From the NCBI RefSeq assembly GCF_003018255.1, contig NZ_CP027441.1: DNA of 64,000 bases; one strand, written 5' to 3'. Under the pieces are notes generated by a model that saw only the letters and a list, made by a program, of their open reading frames with translations, ran no database searches and had not been told where the DNA came from. Origin of the DNA: Escherichia coli (GTDB lineage: Bacteria; Pseudomonadota; Gammaproteobacteria; Enterobacterales; Enterobacteriaceae). Shown here piece after piece: positions 19,478-30,031 of this stretch (positions within the stretch are counted from its first letter, which is position 1; each line of letters starts with the position of its first letter). Both the position numbers and the translations under genes were made by a program.

Positions 19478-22400
19478 ATGAAGTCCAGATATCGTACCTG
19501 GCTTGCTGTCCCGCCTGAGGAGACAGAAGCCGTAAAAAATGCAGTCCCCCCGTTAAATGGCCGCAAAGCTGTCGCATGGGATCCAGAAAAAAAACTCTGG
19601 TATGCCCGGGCGGGTACCGAACTTTCACTGCTGGAGCGCTGGTTACCCCGGCCGCAGGAACTGTCGATGGATGCCGGCGATCCGGTCACCGAATTTGCTC
19701 AGGTCCTGGAAAACGCCGGGCTGGTTATTCAGGGATTGCCACAGATGGATGGCGCCATACACAGAGTCGCCACCCGGGATGACAAAAAAGGGGCCAAAAG
19801 TGGCGCATACAAGGCCTATCTTGATGGGCGCCCCGCCGGCTGGTACCGCGACTACCGGAGCGCCGATGACAGTCCCACAAACTGGGTATTTTCCGGCGGA
19901 GAACAACACGATCCTCTGGCCAGACTGCATCTGCGGGCATTCGCTCAGCAACAGCGCGATGATAACGCACGTAAACTGCAGCAACAGTACAACAAACAGG
20001 CCCGGTATGCCCGCTCCTATATTAACCAGTTACCACAGGCAACAGAGCATGAATACCTGACCCGAAAAGGGATCCTTGCCGCACCGGGCGTCCGTCTGAA
20101 TAACAAGAATGAACTCGTCATCCCTTTCAGTAACAGCCGGGGAGAAATACGTTCATACCAGCGTATTCCTGCCACCGGCGGGAAGGATGCCCGCATTCTG
20201 AAAGACTCAGAGAAAACCGGTAACTGGTTCACCTTCGGAACCCCGGAAAATGGCCGTCCCCTGTTATTTGCGGAAGGTTACGCAACTGCAGCCTCCCTGC
20301 ACGAAGCCACCGGCCTTCCGGTTCTGATGACAGTTGATGCCGGCAATATGATTGACGTGGCAGAAAATGCCCGCCAAATCTGGACTGACAGCCCCTTTGT
20401 CTTCTGTGCCGACAACGACCATCAACGGAAAATTAATAAAGGTGTTTCAAGTGCAAAAAAAGCTGCCGCAAGCACGCATGGCGAAGTCATTATTCCGGCC
20501 TTTACGGAGGCGGAAAAAGCACAGGGACTGACCGATTTCAATGACCTGGACGCCAGCCGGGGACGAGACGCCTTTCAGCGAGCCATGAACGCACAGTTAG
20601 AATATATCGGTATCCCCACGCCCAACAGTGACACTACTGACCGCCGTGAAGCTATCGTGATCGGCAACCTGATATTCACACCGGTAAAAGATGAGAAGCC
20701 ACAAATGTCCCCTGAAAACAGACAGAGCACAGCCCCTGAACCGGCAGTGTCGGAACAGAATCATCCTTATGACATCCCTGCAGAAGAGACAGACAATCAG
20801 GCATATGAAGATGACTATGCAGCATATGCATCCCTGCAGTCGGTAACTGCCGGGACAACCTCCCCGAATGAACCGCAGGTGAATGCTGTTTCTGCCATTG
20901 ACAGCAACGCAAAGAATACCTCTGCCGCCACCGCTGACGACCGGAATGTATTAGCACAAGAACCCAATGCTGACGCCACGGTTACAGTTACGACCACGGC
21001 TCACGACACCGGCACAGCAGAAACAGATTCACCTTCTGAACCTGCAGAGATTCAGCCAGTGCAGCAGGCCAGTCCTGAACCATCGGCTAAAGATAAACCA
21101 CTGGAGAACGTAGTGTCTGCTACTGATAACGACGCAGAGAACACCTCTTCCGCCACCACTGCCCTCCGGAGTAACGACACACCGGAAACATCCGTCTCCG
21201 ACGCAACCGGGACACAGCACACCGCCACAACGCAACCTGAAGAACAACAGCAGGTCTCCATGGGCAGCGCTGACGACTGGAGCGCATTTGCGGAAGACCT
21301 CAATGCTGATGCTCCGGGGAATGCCACTGCTCACAGCACCGACAACGCGGAGACAAAGACACTTTCTGAACCTGCCGGGATGCAGCCTGTTCAACAGGCA
21401 ACCCCTGAACCAACGGAAGAAAATAAACCTCAGGAAGAGGGCGTTATGTCTGCCACTGATACAGGTGAAGAGAGTGCCGCTGCCGCTATCGATGACGACC
21501 TGGACACAGTTGCGGAAGACCTCAATGCTGATGTTACTGTGATGACCACAGCTCACCACACCGATACAGCAGAAACAGCCTCACCTTCTGAACCTGCAGA
21601 AATTCAGCCCGTACAGCAGGCAACCCCTGAACCAACGGCAGAAGATAAACCGAAGGAAGAGCGTCCAGTGTCTGCCACTGAGACCAGCACAGCGAATGAA
21701 ACAGCCCGCCCTGAAACAGCATCGCTTTTCAGCCGCCTGCGCCGTTTTCTGACCGGTGGAAAATCACGTACCGCCGAACCTCCCGTTATTCAGGAGAACA
21801 CGCTTACGGAGGCCGAAACTGCGACAGAGGCCGCAGCACCACCGTCACCACCTGAAACCAGCCCGGAAGACACATCGTCAGCAGAACCGGACACGATTAT
21901 CTTTGCGCCCCGCCGGCCCAACAGTCCGCAGCGGCACAACCTGGACGAGATTATTAAAAATCTTGAGCACGAAGAGTTACCCGACAATACTGCGCTCTAC
22001 CGCGTCGACGGCGAACCGGCATTCCTGGATAAACTCAACCGTCTGGAAATGGTGGATGGTGCCAGTGCTGATGACAAAAAGGTCCTGGCTGCCCTTGCTG
22101 TGGCCACCAACTTCTATGGCGGCGTTATCGAGCTGACCGGCAGTGATGCCTTTAAGCAAAAAGCCATGCAGCTGATTGTCGAATACGACATCAAGGTTCG
22201 CATGAAACTCCCGGCCCAGCGGGCAGCACTGGAAAAACTCCGCAAGGAAAAAGAGATGGCGCATGATGCCATTGTCACCCACAGACCCACGCCGGAACTC
22301 AACCGCCTGTCACCGGAAGAGACAACAATGGCCCAACCGGCTCCCCCTGTGTCACCGAAGGCAGAGGCTGAACAAACAGCAGGCAGTACGGCTGAAACAC

Positions 22401-23500
22401 CGCATCCGGAAGCGCCGGTCACGGCAAAAGCTGAAGCCCCCCGGGCCGACAGACCGGAACAACCCGCCGCCTCGTCGTCTGCGCCAGAAAAAGCCCCTGT
22501 CAGTGCACAGCCGCAGCAACCCGACACACCGGAGGAAGAGCCGCCCGGCAAGCTCAGACCCGGTGAAAGTGTGACTGCCGTCCTGACAAACTACGGAGAA
22601 AAAGAGTATGCGCCCGGAAAAGGGCACTGCTTTTTTGTGGAGCTCACCAACCGCAGTGGCAAACGGGAATACTGGGGAAACGGCCTGGAAGAACTGGTCA
22701 AAAACCATCAGAAGGGTGACCCCGTCACACTGACACTGCAGGCGAGAGAAACATTCCGGCTGTCCGGTGAAACGCGGGATCGTATCCGTAATATCTGGGC
22801 CATAACCCCGGTCAGTAACGGCATTACCGTTAATAATGACCAACCTCATGCGGGTCAGCATACCCTGGAGTTTCCGATGGCAACATTCAGCCAGGTGATG
22901 TTACAGATGCAACAACACTGGCCACAGATAATGCAGGAAGTTCGCTCCCCCAAAAATCCTCCCAATAATCTGTACATTGGTGAAGACAGGCAACCTACAT
23001 CAGCACCTCAGGATCAATCAATGCGACTCCCCCTCGCAGGTAAAGCCCCCGATGAACTGATACCAGCCATCGCCTCTGCCGATAAGGACAATCGTCAGTT
23101 GAATCTTCTGCTGGTCCACAGCGCAGATGATCATCTGCAGGGCGTGGTCCGCCTGAACGGCACCCTTTACCCGGCACTGGCCACCCCGTCAGCTGACAAC
23201 CGTCAGCTGGTCATCAATGCCCTGACGGATAACGGTCTGCAGTTTGCCGGTTACGGTGAAGCTGTTAACCATGATGAGAATACTCATCAACGTCCGTCCC
23301 CACAAATAATGCAGTTTCACCTGAAGCAACAGGACTCCCCGTTGTTTGCCGCCATCCACAAACCGGAAGAGCAACCGGACAAGCTTTTCCGCTCTCTGGG
23401 TTTTGAGCAGACCTGGAAAGAGTGGTCTGACAGCCAAAAGGCGGAGGACAGGCAGGAAAAAACTCTGCAACAGGCACAATCCCACAGCCCCGGCCTGTGA
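19478..23500 (+). CDS. sog: plasmid DNA primase Sog
   Basis: 1340 aa; N-terminal primase region with LLFAEGYATAASL toprim-like motif; long acidic Pro/Glu/Thr-rich repetitive linker; located between traK and traL. Confidence 0.8.
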   Translation: MKSRYRTWLAVPPEETEAVKNAVPPLNGRKAVAWDPEKKLWYARAGTELSLLERWLPRPQELSMDAGDPVTEFAQVLENAGLVIQGLPQMDGAIHRVATRDDKKGAKSGAYKAYLDGRPAGWYRDYRSADDSPTNWVFSGGEQHDPLARLHLRAFAQQQRDDNARKLQQQYNKQARYARSYINQLPQATEHEYLTRKGILAAPGVRLNNKNELVIPFSNSRGEIRSYQRIPATGGKDARILKDSEKTGNWFTFGTPENGRPLLFAEGYATAASLHEATGLPVLMTVDAGNMIDVAENARQIWTDSPFVFCADNDHQRKINKGVSSAKKAAASTHGEVIIPAFTEAEKAQGLTDFNDLDASRGRDAFQRAMNAQLEYIGIPTPNSDTTDRREAIVIGNLIFTPVKDEKPQMSPENRQSTAPEPAVSEQNHPYDIPAEETDNQAYEDDYAAYASLQSVTAGTTSPNEPQVNAVSAIDSNAKNTSAATADDRNVLAQEPNADATVTVTTTAHDTGTAETDSPSEPAEIQPVQQASPEPSAKDKPLENVVSATDNDAENTSSATTALRSNDTPETSVSDATGTQHTATTQPEEQQQVSMGSADDWSAFAEDLNADAPGNATAHSTDNAETKTLSEPAGMQPVQQATPEPTEENKPQEEGVMSATDTGEESAAAAIDDDLDTVAEDLNADVTVMTTAHHTDTAETASPSEPAEIQPVQQATPEPTAEDKPKEERPVSATETSTANETARPETASLFSRLRRFLTGGKSRTAEPPVIQENTLTEAETATEAAAPPSPPETSPEDTSSAEPDTIIFAPRRPNSPQRHNLDEIIKNLEHEELPDNTALYRVDGEPAFLDKLNRLEMVDGASADDKKVLAALAVATNFYGGVIELTGSDAFKQKAMQLIVEYDIKVRMKLPAQRAALEKLRKEKEMAHDAIVTHRPTPELNRLSPEETTMAQPAPPVSPKAEAEQTAGSTAETPHPEAPVTAKAEAPRADRPEQPAASSSAPEKAPVSAQPQQPDTPEEEPPGKLRPGESVTAVLTNYGEKEYAPGKGHCFFVELTNRSGKREYWGNGLEELVKNHQKGDPVTLTLQARETFRLSGETRDRIRNIWAITPVSNGITVNNDQPHAGQHTLEFPMATFSQVMLQMQQHWPQIMQEVRSPKNPPNNLYIGEDRQPTSAPQDQSMRLPLAGKAPDELIPAIASADKDNRQLNLLLVHSADDHLQGVVRLNGTLYPALATPSADNRQLVINALTDNGLQFAGYGEAVNHDENTHQRPSPQIMQFHLKQQDSPLFAAIHKPEEQPDKLFRSLGFEQTWKEWSDSQKAEDRQEKTLQQAQSHSPGL
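20950..21700 (+). repeat. imperfect tandem coding repeats in the sog linker (three copies of a 220-330 bp unit)
   Basis: Repeated blocks containing TCACCTTCTGAACCTGCAGA(G/A)ATTCAGCC...CAGCAGGC...CCTGAACCA and GCGGAAGACCTCAATGCTGATG at about 21033, 21365 and 21593. Confidence 0.7.
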
Positions 23501-23516
23501 GCCGGTAAGGACGACC

Positions 23517-23867
23517 ATGAACATGAAAAAAACGCTGCTGGTCATACTGACCAGCATCTCGCTGGCTTCTCCGGCTGCCGTGGCAGCAACCTGTCGGGCA
23601 GGTGCTGCCGCAGAAGCCGGCAGCAAAGCCGCCTGGGAGCGGGCGCGTACAGCCAGCCAGGCATGGTCACAGCGAGAAAACGACGTCGCCTCCTCCCTGC
23701 AGTCCTGCCTGTCCCGCATTAAGGACGTCAGCATCACTCTTCCACAATTCCCCAGCCTGGACAAAATCCTTCGCGATCTGGAAAACCAGGTCTGTGATGC
23801 CGTCGTGGATCGGGTGAATGAACATCTGCCGGGGAATATCGACCCCTGGAAAGACTATAACCTCTGA
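23517..23867 (+). CDS. traL: conjugal transfer protein TraL (secreted)
   Basis: 116 aa from MNMKKTLLVILTSISLASPAAVA signal peptide; position. Confidence 0.65.
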   Translation: MNMKKTLLVILTSISLASPAAVAATCRAGAAAEAGSKAAWERARTASQAWSQRENDVASSLQSCLSRIKDVSITLPQFPSLDKILRDLENQVCDAVVDRVNEHLPGNIDPWKDYNL

Positions 23868-23878
23868 ACAGGAGCCCC

Positions 23879-24574
23879 ATGAGCGAAGCACACCCCACAT
23901 CCCCTGTCTCTCCGGAAACAGATAACAGCGGAGATATTTATAAACAAACGCTCAGTACCATTGCACAGTCAGAACAACGGGCCGCACTGGTTCCCGGACT
24001 GGTCAGAGCCTTGCTGTGTAGCAGCGCAGCTCTCGTCATCAGTCTGACCGGCAATATCATACAGTACTGGCATAACAGCAACGTAACGCGTGAATACTTT
24101 GCCACCGACAATGGCCGCCTGGTCCGCCTGGCCCCCACCAGTCAGCCAGCCTGGAGTCAGAGCGACGTCATGACGTTTGGCAGCATGACGCTGAGCGAAG
24201 CTTTTAATCTGGATTTTGTCCACTACAGGAAACAAATCACGACACTGGCCCCCCGCTTTTCCGAAGCCGGTTTTGCCGGCTATGTGAATGCTCTTCAGGC
24301 CTCCAACATTCTGGACACCATTAAAAAGGAGAAATTTAACCTCACAGCCACCATCGGGGCCGGCACGCTGGTGAATCAGGGCCAGATGGAAAACGGCATC
24401 TGGTTCTGGAAATTCCAGTATCCGGTCAGGATGCGTCTGGTCGGTCAGACCAGCACCCGCCCCGAGCAGGCCTTCACCTTTGAAATCACTGTCCGGCGCG
24501 TTGACCCACGAATCAAACCCGGCGGCATGGAAATCAGCCAGATGGTTTCCCGTAACGCCGCATCAGGAACCTGA
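23879..24574 (+). CDS. traM: conjugal transfer protein TraM
   Basis: 231 aa, one transmembrane segment; position and size. Confidence 0.65.
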   Translation: MSEAHPTSPVSPETDNSGDIYKQTLSTIAQSEQRAALVPGLVRALLCSSAALVISLTGNIIQYWHNSNVTREYFATDNGRLVRLAPTSQPAWSQSDVMTFGSMTLSEAFNLDFVHYRKQITTLAPRFSEAGFAGYVNALQASNILDTIKKEKFNLTATIGAGTLVNQGQMENGIWFWKFQYPVRMRLVGQTSTRPEQAFTFEITVRRVDPRIKPGGMEISQMVSRNAASGT

Positions 24575-24584
24575 GACTCATATC

Positions 24585-25559
24585 ATGCAAATACATCATC
24601 TTCTTGGCGCACTGCTTATTGTGTGCGGCACTGTCACGGCTGCAGATAACCCGGGCTGGCAGAACGCACGAACCCCACAGGCTGGCGGAAAGACAGGACA
24701 GGCTCCCGGGAACGCCCCCGCAGGCGGCCCCCCGCCAGCCACACAACTCACAGGCCCCCTGCCGCCACCTGCCTCTCCCCTTGTTCAGGAAGCCGCATCA
24801 CTGGATTCCCCCCTGAATGCAGGTGAAATTCGGGAACTGCGGGGACGAATGGCCGATAACGAACGGGCCATCAGCGCACCTGTCACCAGTGTGGTGCCCC
24901 GTATCAGCTCCCTCACGGTAAATCTGTCACCCGGAGCCAGTCTGCCGCTTGTCCGAACCGCACTGCATAACGTCAGCGTGGTAACGTTCACGGACATCAA
25001 CGGCTCCCCGTGGCCTCAGTCGGATCCGCCTTATAACGCGGCACCCGGTCACTTTGATGTGCAGTTCAACGGCAATATGGTCTCCGTCACTCCCCTGCGC
25101 GCCTGGGCTGCAGGGAATGTAACGGTCTACCTCAAAGGACTGTCTGTACCGGTCATTCTGAATATCACCAGTGGTGAAACCGACACCAATACCCTGAGTC
25201 AGGAGATCGACAGCCGTCTGGATCTGCGCATTCCCCGTCAGGGACCTGCCAGTCCTGTGGTAGCCGTACCATCAGAGAAGATTGCCCTGCATGATGCCAC
25301 CCTGCAGGCCTTTCTGGACGGTGTTCCTCCCGATGATCCCACCGTGCGTCGGCTGAAATTCTCCGGAAATGTTCCGGGCACCACCATCTGGCAGCACGGC
25401 GATGATCTGCTCGTGCGATCGCGGGCCATGCTGCGGGATGAATTTGAACAGACGCTGGCATCTGCTGACGGTACGCGTCTGTGGAAACTGCCGGTGACAC
25501 CCTTACTCACCTTCTCCGTGAATGGTCAGTCCATTCACGTCACCCCTGAACTGGAGTAA
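24585..25559 (+). CDS. traN: conjugal transfer protein TraN (secreted)
   Basis: 324 aa from MQIHHLLGALLIVCGTVTA signal peptide; position. Confidence 0.65.
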   Translation: MQIHHLLGALLIVCGTVTAADNPGWQNARTPQAGGKTGQAPGNAPAGGPPPATQLTGPLPPPASPLVQEAASLDSPLNAGEIRELRGRMADNERAISAPVTSVVPRISSLTVNLSPGASLPLVRTALHNVSVVTFTDINGSPWPQSDPPYNAAPGHFDVQFNGNMVSVTPLRAWAAGNVTVYLKGLSVPVILNITSGETDTNTLSQEIDSRLDLRIPRQGPASPVVAVPSEKIALHDATLQAFLDGVPPDDPTVRRLKFSGNVPGTTIWQHGDDLLVRSRAMLRDEFEQTLASADGTRLWKLPVTPLLTFSVNGQSIHVTPELE

Positions 25560-25562
25560 ATC

Positions 25563-26894
25563 ATGAGCGCAGAACAGGACACAGCCGCAAAGTCCGGCAA
25601 AAAACTGTCAGCCCTGCTGGTTCTCGGGGGCGTGATTATCATCGGGGGCGGATACCTGCTGCTCACCTGGCTTTCCCCCGAAAACAGCGCATCGCTCTCG
25701 TCAGTCAATATCAACAGCACGACAACAGGCAGCGGGCGGACCGTGGTGGAGTCACAGCACTACCGGGATTTACTGCGTGCTGACAATGAGCGCGGGGCCG
25801 CAGAAGCATTACGTAATAACCAGACGTTCATCGCCAGTCTGCCCAGGGGACTGGATACTGATCACGGAAAGAATCAAAGAAGGGATACTCAGCCTGCTGA
25901 CCAGGCCGAGGGTTCTGGTCAACCATCAACGCCCCCTCAGGCAGATCAAACAGCCCGGGAAAAACAGCGGGAAGCGTTACAAAAACTGCTTGCCCGCATC
26001 AACACACAGCATCCTGACGCCCGCCCCCCGGTAGTGGCGGCTGCAATGTGGGGTACCACTGGTGCTCCCGGGATAAGCTCACACGCCTCACCACCCGGTA
26101 CCGGCACATCACCACAACCACGTCTGCAGGAGGCCAGTCTGGCAACACCGGCAGCTCGTACAGGGATACAGCTGATACCGGCACTGACCCGCGTACCTGC
26201 CTTCATTGATACGGAAGTGGACTCTGACAATGCTGTCTCCCGCGTGGTGGCCTCCGTACCTGCCGGCCCATGGGCCGGGGCCGTCCTCTACAGCCAGGAC
26301 GCCAGACTCGCCGGCAAGGGAATGGATATCCACTTTGACCGGATGATGTGGCGGGGCATGTTTCTGAAAGTCAATGCATATGCCCTGAATGAACATACCG
26401 GCATGTCATCCGTGGCCAGCGACGTGAACCACCGCTGGTTTAAGCATATCGTTCTGCCGTCTGTGCTCGGTGGGGTGGGCAGTGTCGGAAGTCTTTACAA
26501 AGACGCCAATACACAGGTCATTCAGGGAAACTACGGCAGCATTACCGGCAGGGTAGGAATGCCTGATGGCGAGGCGCTGGCTGGCGTCATTGCAGGCGGC
26601 ATGGCCGAACGGGGCAGTCAGTTGCTGACCCGCCAGGCGGAGAGCGAACCTTACCGGCAGGTGACAGTGTCACGCGGAGAGGTTGTCTCCATTCTGTTTG
26701 TTGAGCCGGTCATGAGCAACGATATCAGTCTCCCCTCCTCCGGCACTGCCCCTTCTGTGCCACCGCCCTCCGGACGCCCGCTCACCCAGGAAGAAGCAGA
26801 GCGTCAGGCGTCTGACAGGATCCAGGCAGCAGTCATGCGTAAACAGAACGAAATGCGGCAACGTTACGGAATACAACAGGAAACTCATCCATGA
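25563..26894 (+). CDS. traO: conjugal transfer protein TraO
   Basis: 443 aa; N-terminal transmembrane helix, Pro-rich periplasmic region; position. Confidence 0.65.
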   Translation: MSAEQDTAAKSGKKLSALLVLGGVIIIGGGYLLLTWLSPENSASLSSVNINSTTTGSGRTVVESQHYRDLLRADNERGAAEALRNNQTFIASLPRGLDTDHGKNQRRDTQPADQAEGSGQPSTPPQADQTAREKQREALQKLLARINTQHPDARPPVVAAAMWGTTGAPGISSHASPPGTGTSPQPRLQEASLATPAARTGIQLIPALTRVPAFIDTEVDSDNAVSRVVASVPAGPWAGAVLYSQDARLAGKGMDIHFDRMMWRGMFLKVNAYALNEHTGMSSVASDVNHRWFKHIVLPSVLGGVGSVGSLYKDANTQVIQGNYGSITGRVGMPDGEALAGVIAGGMAERGSQLLTRQAESEPYRQVTVSRGEVVSILFVEPVMSNDISLPSSGTAPSVPPPSGRPLTQEEAERQASDRIQAAVMRKQNEMRQRYGIQQETHP

Positions 26895-27604
26895 AAAACG
26901 AACATGAAGATCCCGGCAGTTTTGGCGAAACAACGACACCGGCATCCGGCAAATCCTTCCTGAAACGCCAGTATATGGGATACAGCCTGCCAGTCTGGGC
27001 TGGCTGTGTCCTCATCATCCTGGCCGCAGTCTGGTACAAGTTTCTGCGGACACCCTCAGAGCCCCCTGCAGATGCAGGCTTCGCGGTCACACCGCCCGCT
27101 GCTGAAAGCTGGGCAGAGCCCATGCCCATGACGGAGACCGGGAGCGGAAACACCATGTCCGCGCCTCCTGTCACCCCACAGGCAGACATGCAGCAGCTTG
27201 CCCGTGACCTGAAAGCAGAGCTGGACAGGCGGGATGAGGAAATCCGACGTACCCTGACCATGCTGAAAGAGAGCATCACAACCCTTGGCGACACCATACG
27301 GAAAGATGAGGCCTGGGCACAGGAAACCCGTCAGTTGCTTGATGAAACCCGTAAGCAGGTGCATGCCCTGCAGATGCAGGGACCACTGCAAATCCCGACC
27401 GGGAATAACGGCCAGTCAACGAAAACCCCGCCTTCCCGCCTGCAGGGCATGAAAATCATGTCGGTGGAAAAAGGAATGGCCTGGATCCGCTGGCAGGGTA
27501 GCGCCTGGGCAGTACGGGAAGGTGACAGGCTGGGGAATATCACCATCACCCGGATTGAACCGTCCAGCCGCTCAGTCATCACCTCTGCCGGTACATTACG
27601 ATGA
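26891..27604 (+). CDS. traP: conjugal transfer protein TraP
   Basis: 237 aa; single transmembrane segment; start overlaps traO stop. Confidence 0.6.
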   Translation: MKNEHEDPGSFGETTTPASGKSFLKRQYMGYSLPVWAGCVLIILAAVWYKFLRTPSEPPADAGFAVTPPAAESWAEPMPMTETGSGNTMSAPPVTPQADMQQLARDLKAELDRRDEEIRRTLTMLKESITTLGDTIRKDEAWAQETRQLLDETRKQVHALQMQGPLQIPTGNNGQSTKTPPSRLQGMKIMSVEKGMAWIRWQGSAWAVREGDRLGNITITRIEPSSRSVITSAGTLR

Positions 27605-28131
27605 TGAGCATTGATGCCCTGACAGCCATAGAGAACTTTGCCAGCGGTATATTCAGTGCAGGCATGGAGTTTCTCTTCACCTGGGGAGAGCTGCTGGGGA
27701 TTATCGGCCTGATTGGTCATCTGATGCGCGCCCGGGCAGAAGGGCGTCACAGTATGGGACCGGGAAAATTTATCGCCGGTATCGTCATCTGCGGCATGCT
27801 GGTCGCCCTGCCATCCTTCATCAATGCCGGGGGTACCCAGATGGGATTCAGGGCAGATTCCTTCGGCCCTATCGCTTATGTACAACCAACCACCTTTGGT
27901 GCCGCTGCCGGTGCCGCCAATGCCATGCTCTCACTGGTAAAACTGGCCGGAGTGGGGTTTGCCATGAACGGCATTTCCATCTGGCGTAAATCCCTGCTGG
28001 ACGGGCATACCGCCCTGAGCAGCAGTGAGTCCATCAGCAAAGGAAACGTCAAGTTTGTTGCCGGCGTTCTGCTGGTTTTTATCGATCGCGTCATCGATGC
28101 CTCTCTGGCGAGTCTTGGTCTCGCCTTCTGA
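27601..28131 (+). CDS. traQ: conjugal transfer membrane protein TraQ
   Basis: 176 aa, hydrophobic; overlapping start/stop; position. Confidence 0.6.
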   Translation: MMSIDALTAIENFASGIFSAGMEFLFTWGELLGIIGLIGHLMRARAEGRHSMGPGKFIAGIVICGMLVALPSFINAGGTQMGFRADSFGPIAYVQPTTFGAAAGAANAMLSLVKLAGVGFAMNGISIWRKSLLDGHTALSSSESISKGNVKFVAGVLLVFIDRVIDASLASLGLAF

Positions 28132-28177
28132 TCCACATTCATTTTCAGTAATTCAGTCTGTTAGTTAAGGAGACTAT

Positions 28178-28576
28178 ATGTCACGATTCCGTGCCATGGC
28201 GGCGCGTCTGTGCGCTGCATTTATTTATGTTCAGTTATGCCTGGTGGCCTGCCGTGACCGGCTGATACGCCTGTTACTTCTGCTTCCCGTGATACTGCTG
28301 CCCCACACAGCGATGGCAAACACCCTATTCGATATGATCAAAACCGTTGGCGATGGTGCAAAAGGCTCCAGCAGTTCATTTGTGGCCATCGCTCAGGTTA
28401 TTGGCCTGGTGCTCTTTATTGCCGGCCTGCTTGGCCTCAAACAAATCGGTAAAAAACCCGGAGCAGGGCTGGCCTGCATACTGTCCATTGTGGTCGGTGC
28501 CTGTCTTGCCGTCGTACCGGAAATGATGAGCAGTGGACAGAAAACGCTCGGTCTTTCTCCGGTCTCCATCAGTTAA
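28178..28576 (+). CDS. traR: conjugal transfer membrane protein TraR
   Basis: 132 aa; signal-like N-terminus and second hydrophobic helix; position. Confidence 0.6.
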   Translation: MSRFRAMAARLCAAFIYVQLCLVACRDRLIRLLLLLPVILLPHTAMANTLFDMIKTVGDGAKGSSSSFVAIAQVIGLVLFIAGLLGLKQIGKKPGAGLACILSIVVGACLAVVPEMMSSGQKTLGLSPVSIS

Positions 28577-28632
28577 TCCACAACGGCACCGGTTTCCCGG
28601 TGCCGTCTTCACACAATGAAGAGGACCAGACC

Positions 28633-28884
28633 ATGTCCTGTGAGCTGCCCCCTTTCACCCTGCTCAGAACAGAGCACGGCAACGTGATTGCCCGCGACAA
28701 CCGGGATAATCAGGAGTTTGTGTTTGCAGAATGTTATTCCACCGCCATCGCAGCACTGATTCTGGCTGCCGTCACCCTGTATACAGAGAGAAAAACGTAT
28801 GAACAAAACACCGCCACTCATCGCCCCGGCCCGGGAACGCTGGCTTTTCCCGCTCCCGCAACCGGACACGGTATTCAGCGGTGA
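28633..28884 (+). CDS. small protein in the traS slot
   Basis: 83 aa from MSCELPPF with one hydrophobic helix; 3' end overlaps the next ORF by 86 nt, so one of the two boundaries is uncertain. Confidence 0.4.
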   Translation: MSCELPPFTLLRTEHGNVIARDNRDNQEFVFAECYSTAIAALILAAVTLYTERKTYEQNTATHRPGPGTLAFPAPATGHGIQR

Positions 28885-29617
28885 ATCCCTGCTGCCACCA
28901 CCCGTGCTCTCAACACCCGGACGCTGTCCCTGCTGTCGCAGGACCGTCACTCACCGCTTCATTCTGGAGGATTCATGGCCATTACAGCAGATGGCTGACA
29001 CCTGCCGGGATACGGTCGTCCTGCTGGAAAAAAACCTCACCCGGGTGATGCGCCTGAAAAAACATCCGGTACCGGAAAACGCTGACGAAAAAAAGAAACA
29101 CACCCGAACCCTGCAGGATGCGGAGCGGTCCCTGGCACAGGCCCGCCTGTCGGCCAGGCGACTGGCCCTGCGTCATGTGGAAAAGTCACAAATCGTCACA
29201 ACAGATGCACTCAGCGAAAATGAAAGTGAACTGCTGCAGCCGGAAGGCCCGCCCTTTCATCTCTGTGCCTTCTGCCACGCCTGGCACTGCCTGAACGGCT
29301 ACGCTGCCGCACAGGGGGTGATGGTCTGGCTCCCTGATTTGCATCCGGCCTCGGTAGTTGCTCTCAATGCACGGGCACTGAAGGAAATTTTCAGCGATGA
29401 GCGTAAGCGAGTCAGACAGGGACGGGCCGTACTGAATGCCCTGGTACAGAACCGCCTGGCCGTTGAGGAGAAATTTCGCACCTGGCGTCCGGCGGATTTT
29501 GCTGATGCACTGCGCCGCTGGCCGCCGGCACAGCGTAAAACACTGCGGGAGAAAATGGACGGGGTGGCGCTCATTCTGATGCCAGATTCGTTTCCTGACA
29601 AAAAGTACGTCATGTGA
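28799..29617 (+). CDS. traT: conjugal transfer protein TraT
   Basis: 272 aa, basic/Arg-rich, soluble; position; true start may be a later ATG. Confidence 0.55.
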   Translation: MNKTPPLIAPARERWLFPLPQPDTVFSGESLLPPPVLSTPGRCPCCRRTVTHRFILEDSWPLQQMADTCRDTVVLLEKNLTRVMRLKKHPVPENADEKKKHTRTLQDAERSLAQARLSARRLALRHVEKSQIVTTDALSENESELLQPEGPPFHLCAFCHAWHCLNGYAAAQGVMVWLPDLHPASVVALNARALKEIFSDERKRVRQGRAVLNALVQNRLAVEEKFRTWRPADFADALRRWPPAQRKTLREKMDGVALILMPDSFPDKKYVM

Positions 29618-29671
29618 CACACACCGCTGCCGGTGACGTTCTGCCGGCCCCAACTGACAGAGGAACAAAAA

Positions 29672-30031
29672 ATGGATACCCTCACTGCCGGATATCAGTT
29701 TTCCGCAGATGCATTCCGGCGCTTTATTATCCGGACGCTGACTGACGATATTCCGCCTGACGGAGATGAAAAAGAGATTGCCCGGTTCATTCTCCGCCAC
29801 CCGGCATTTAACGGCGGCTGGCTGCTCTTTCTGGCTGCAGAAATTCATGAAAGATCCCGTACCCATAACAGCATCACCGTCACAGTGAGCGTCGATAACT
29901 ATCTCTCATGGATGGATATTGCCGTGTCCGGTCTCCCGGAATTACCGGATATGCCCTTCTGTGATTTTTTCATTCGCCGCCAGCAGTTTATTTATCCGGG
30001 TGTACCCCCGACAAAATCAGGAGAAGAATGA
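29672..30031 (+). CDS. hypothetical protein (119 aa)
   Basis: ATG after GAGGAA; no motif; between traT and traU. Confidence 0.4.
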   Translation: MDTLTAGYQFSADAFRRFIIRTLTDDIPPDGDEKEIARFILRHPAFNGGWLLFLAAEIHERSRTHNSITVTVSVDNYLSWMDIAVSGLPELPDMPFCDFFIRRQQFIYPGVPPTKSGEE

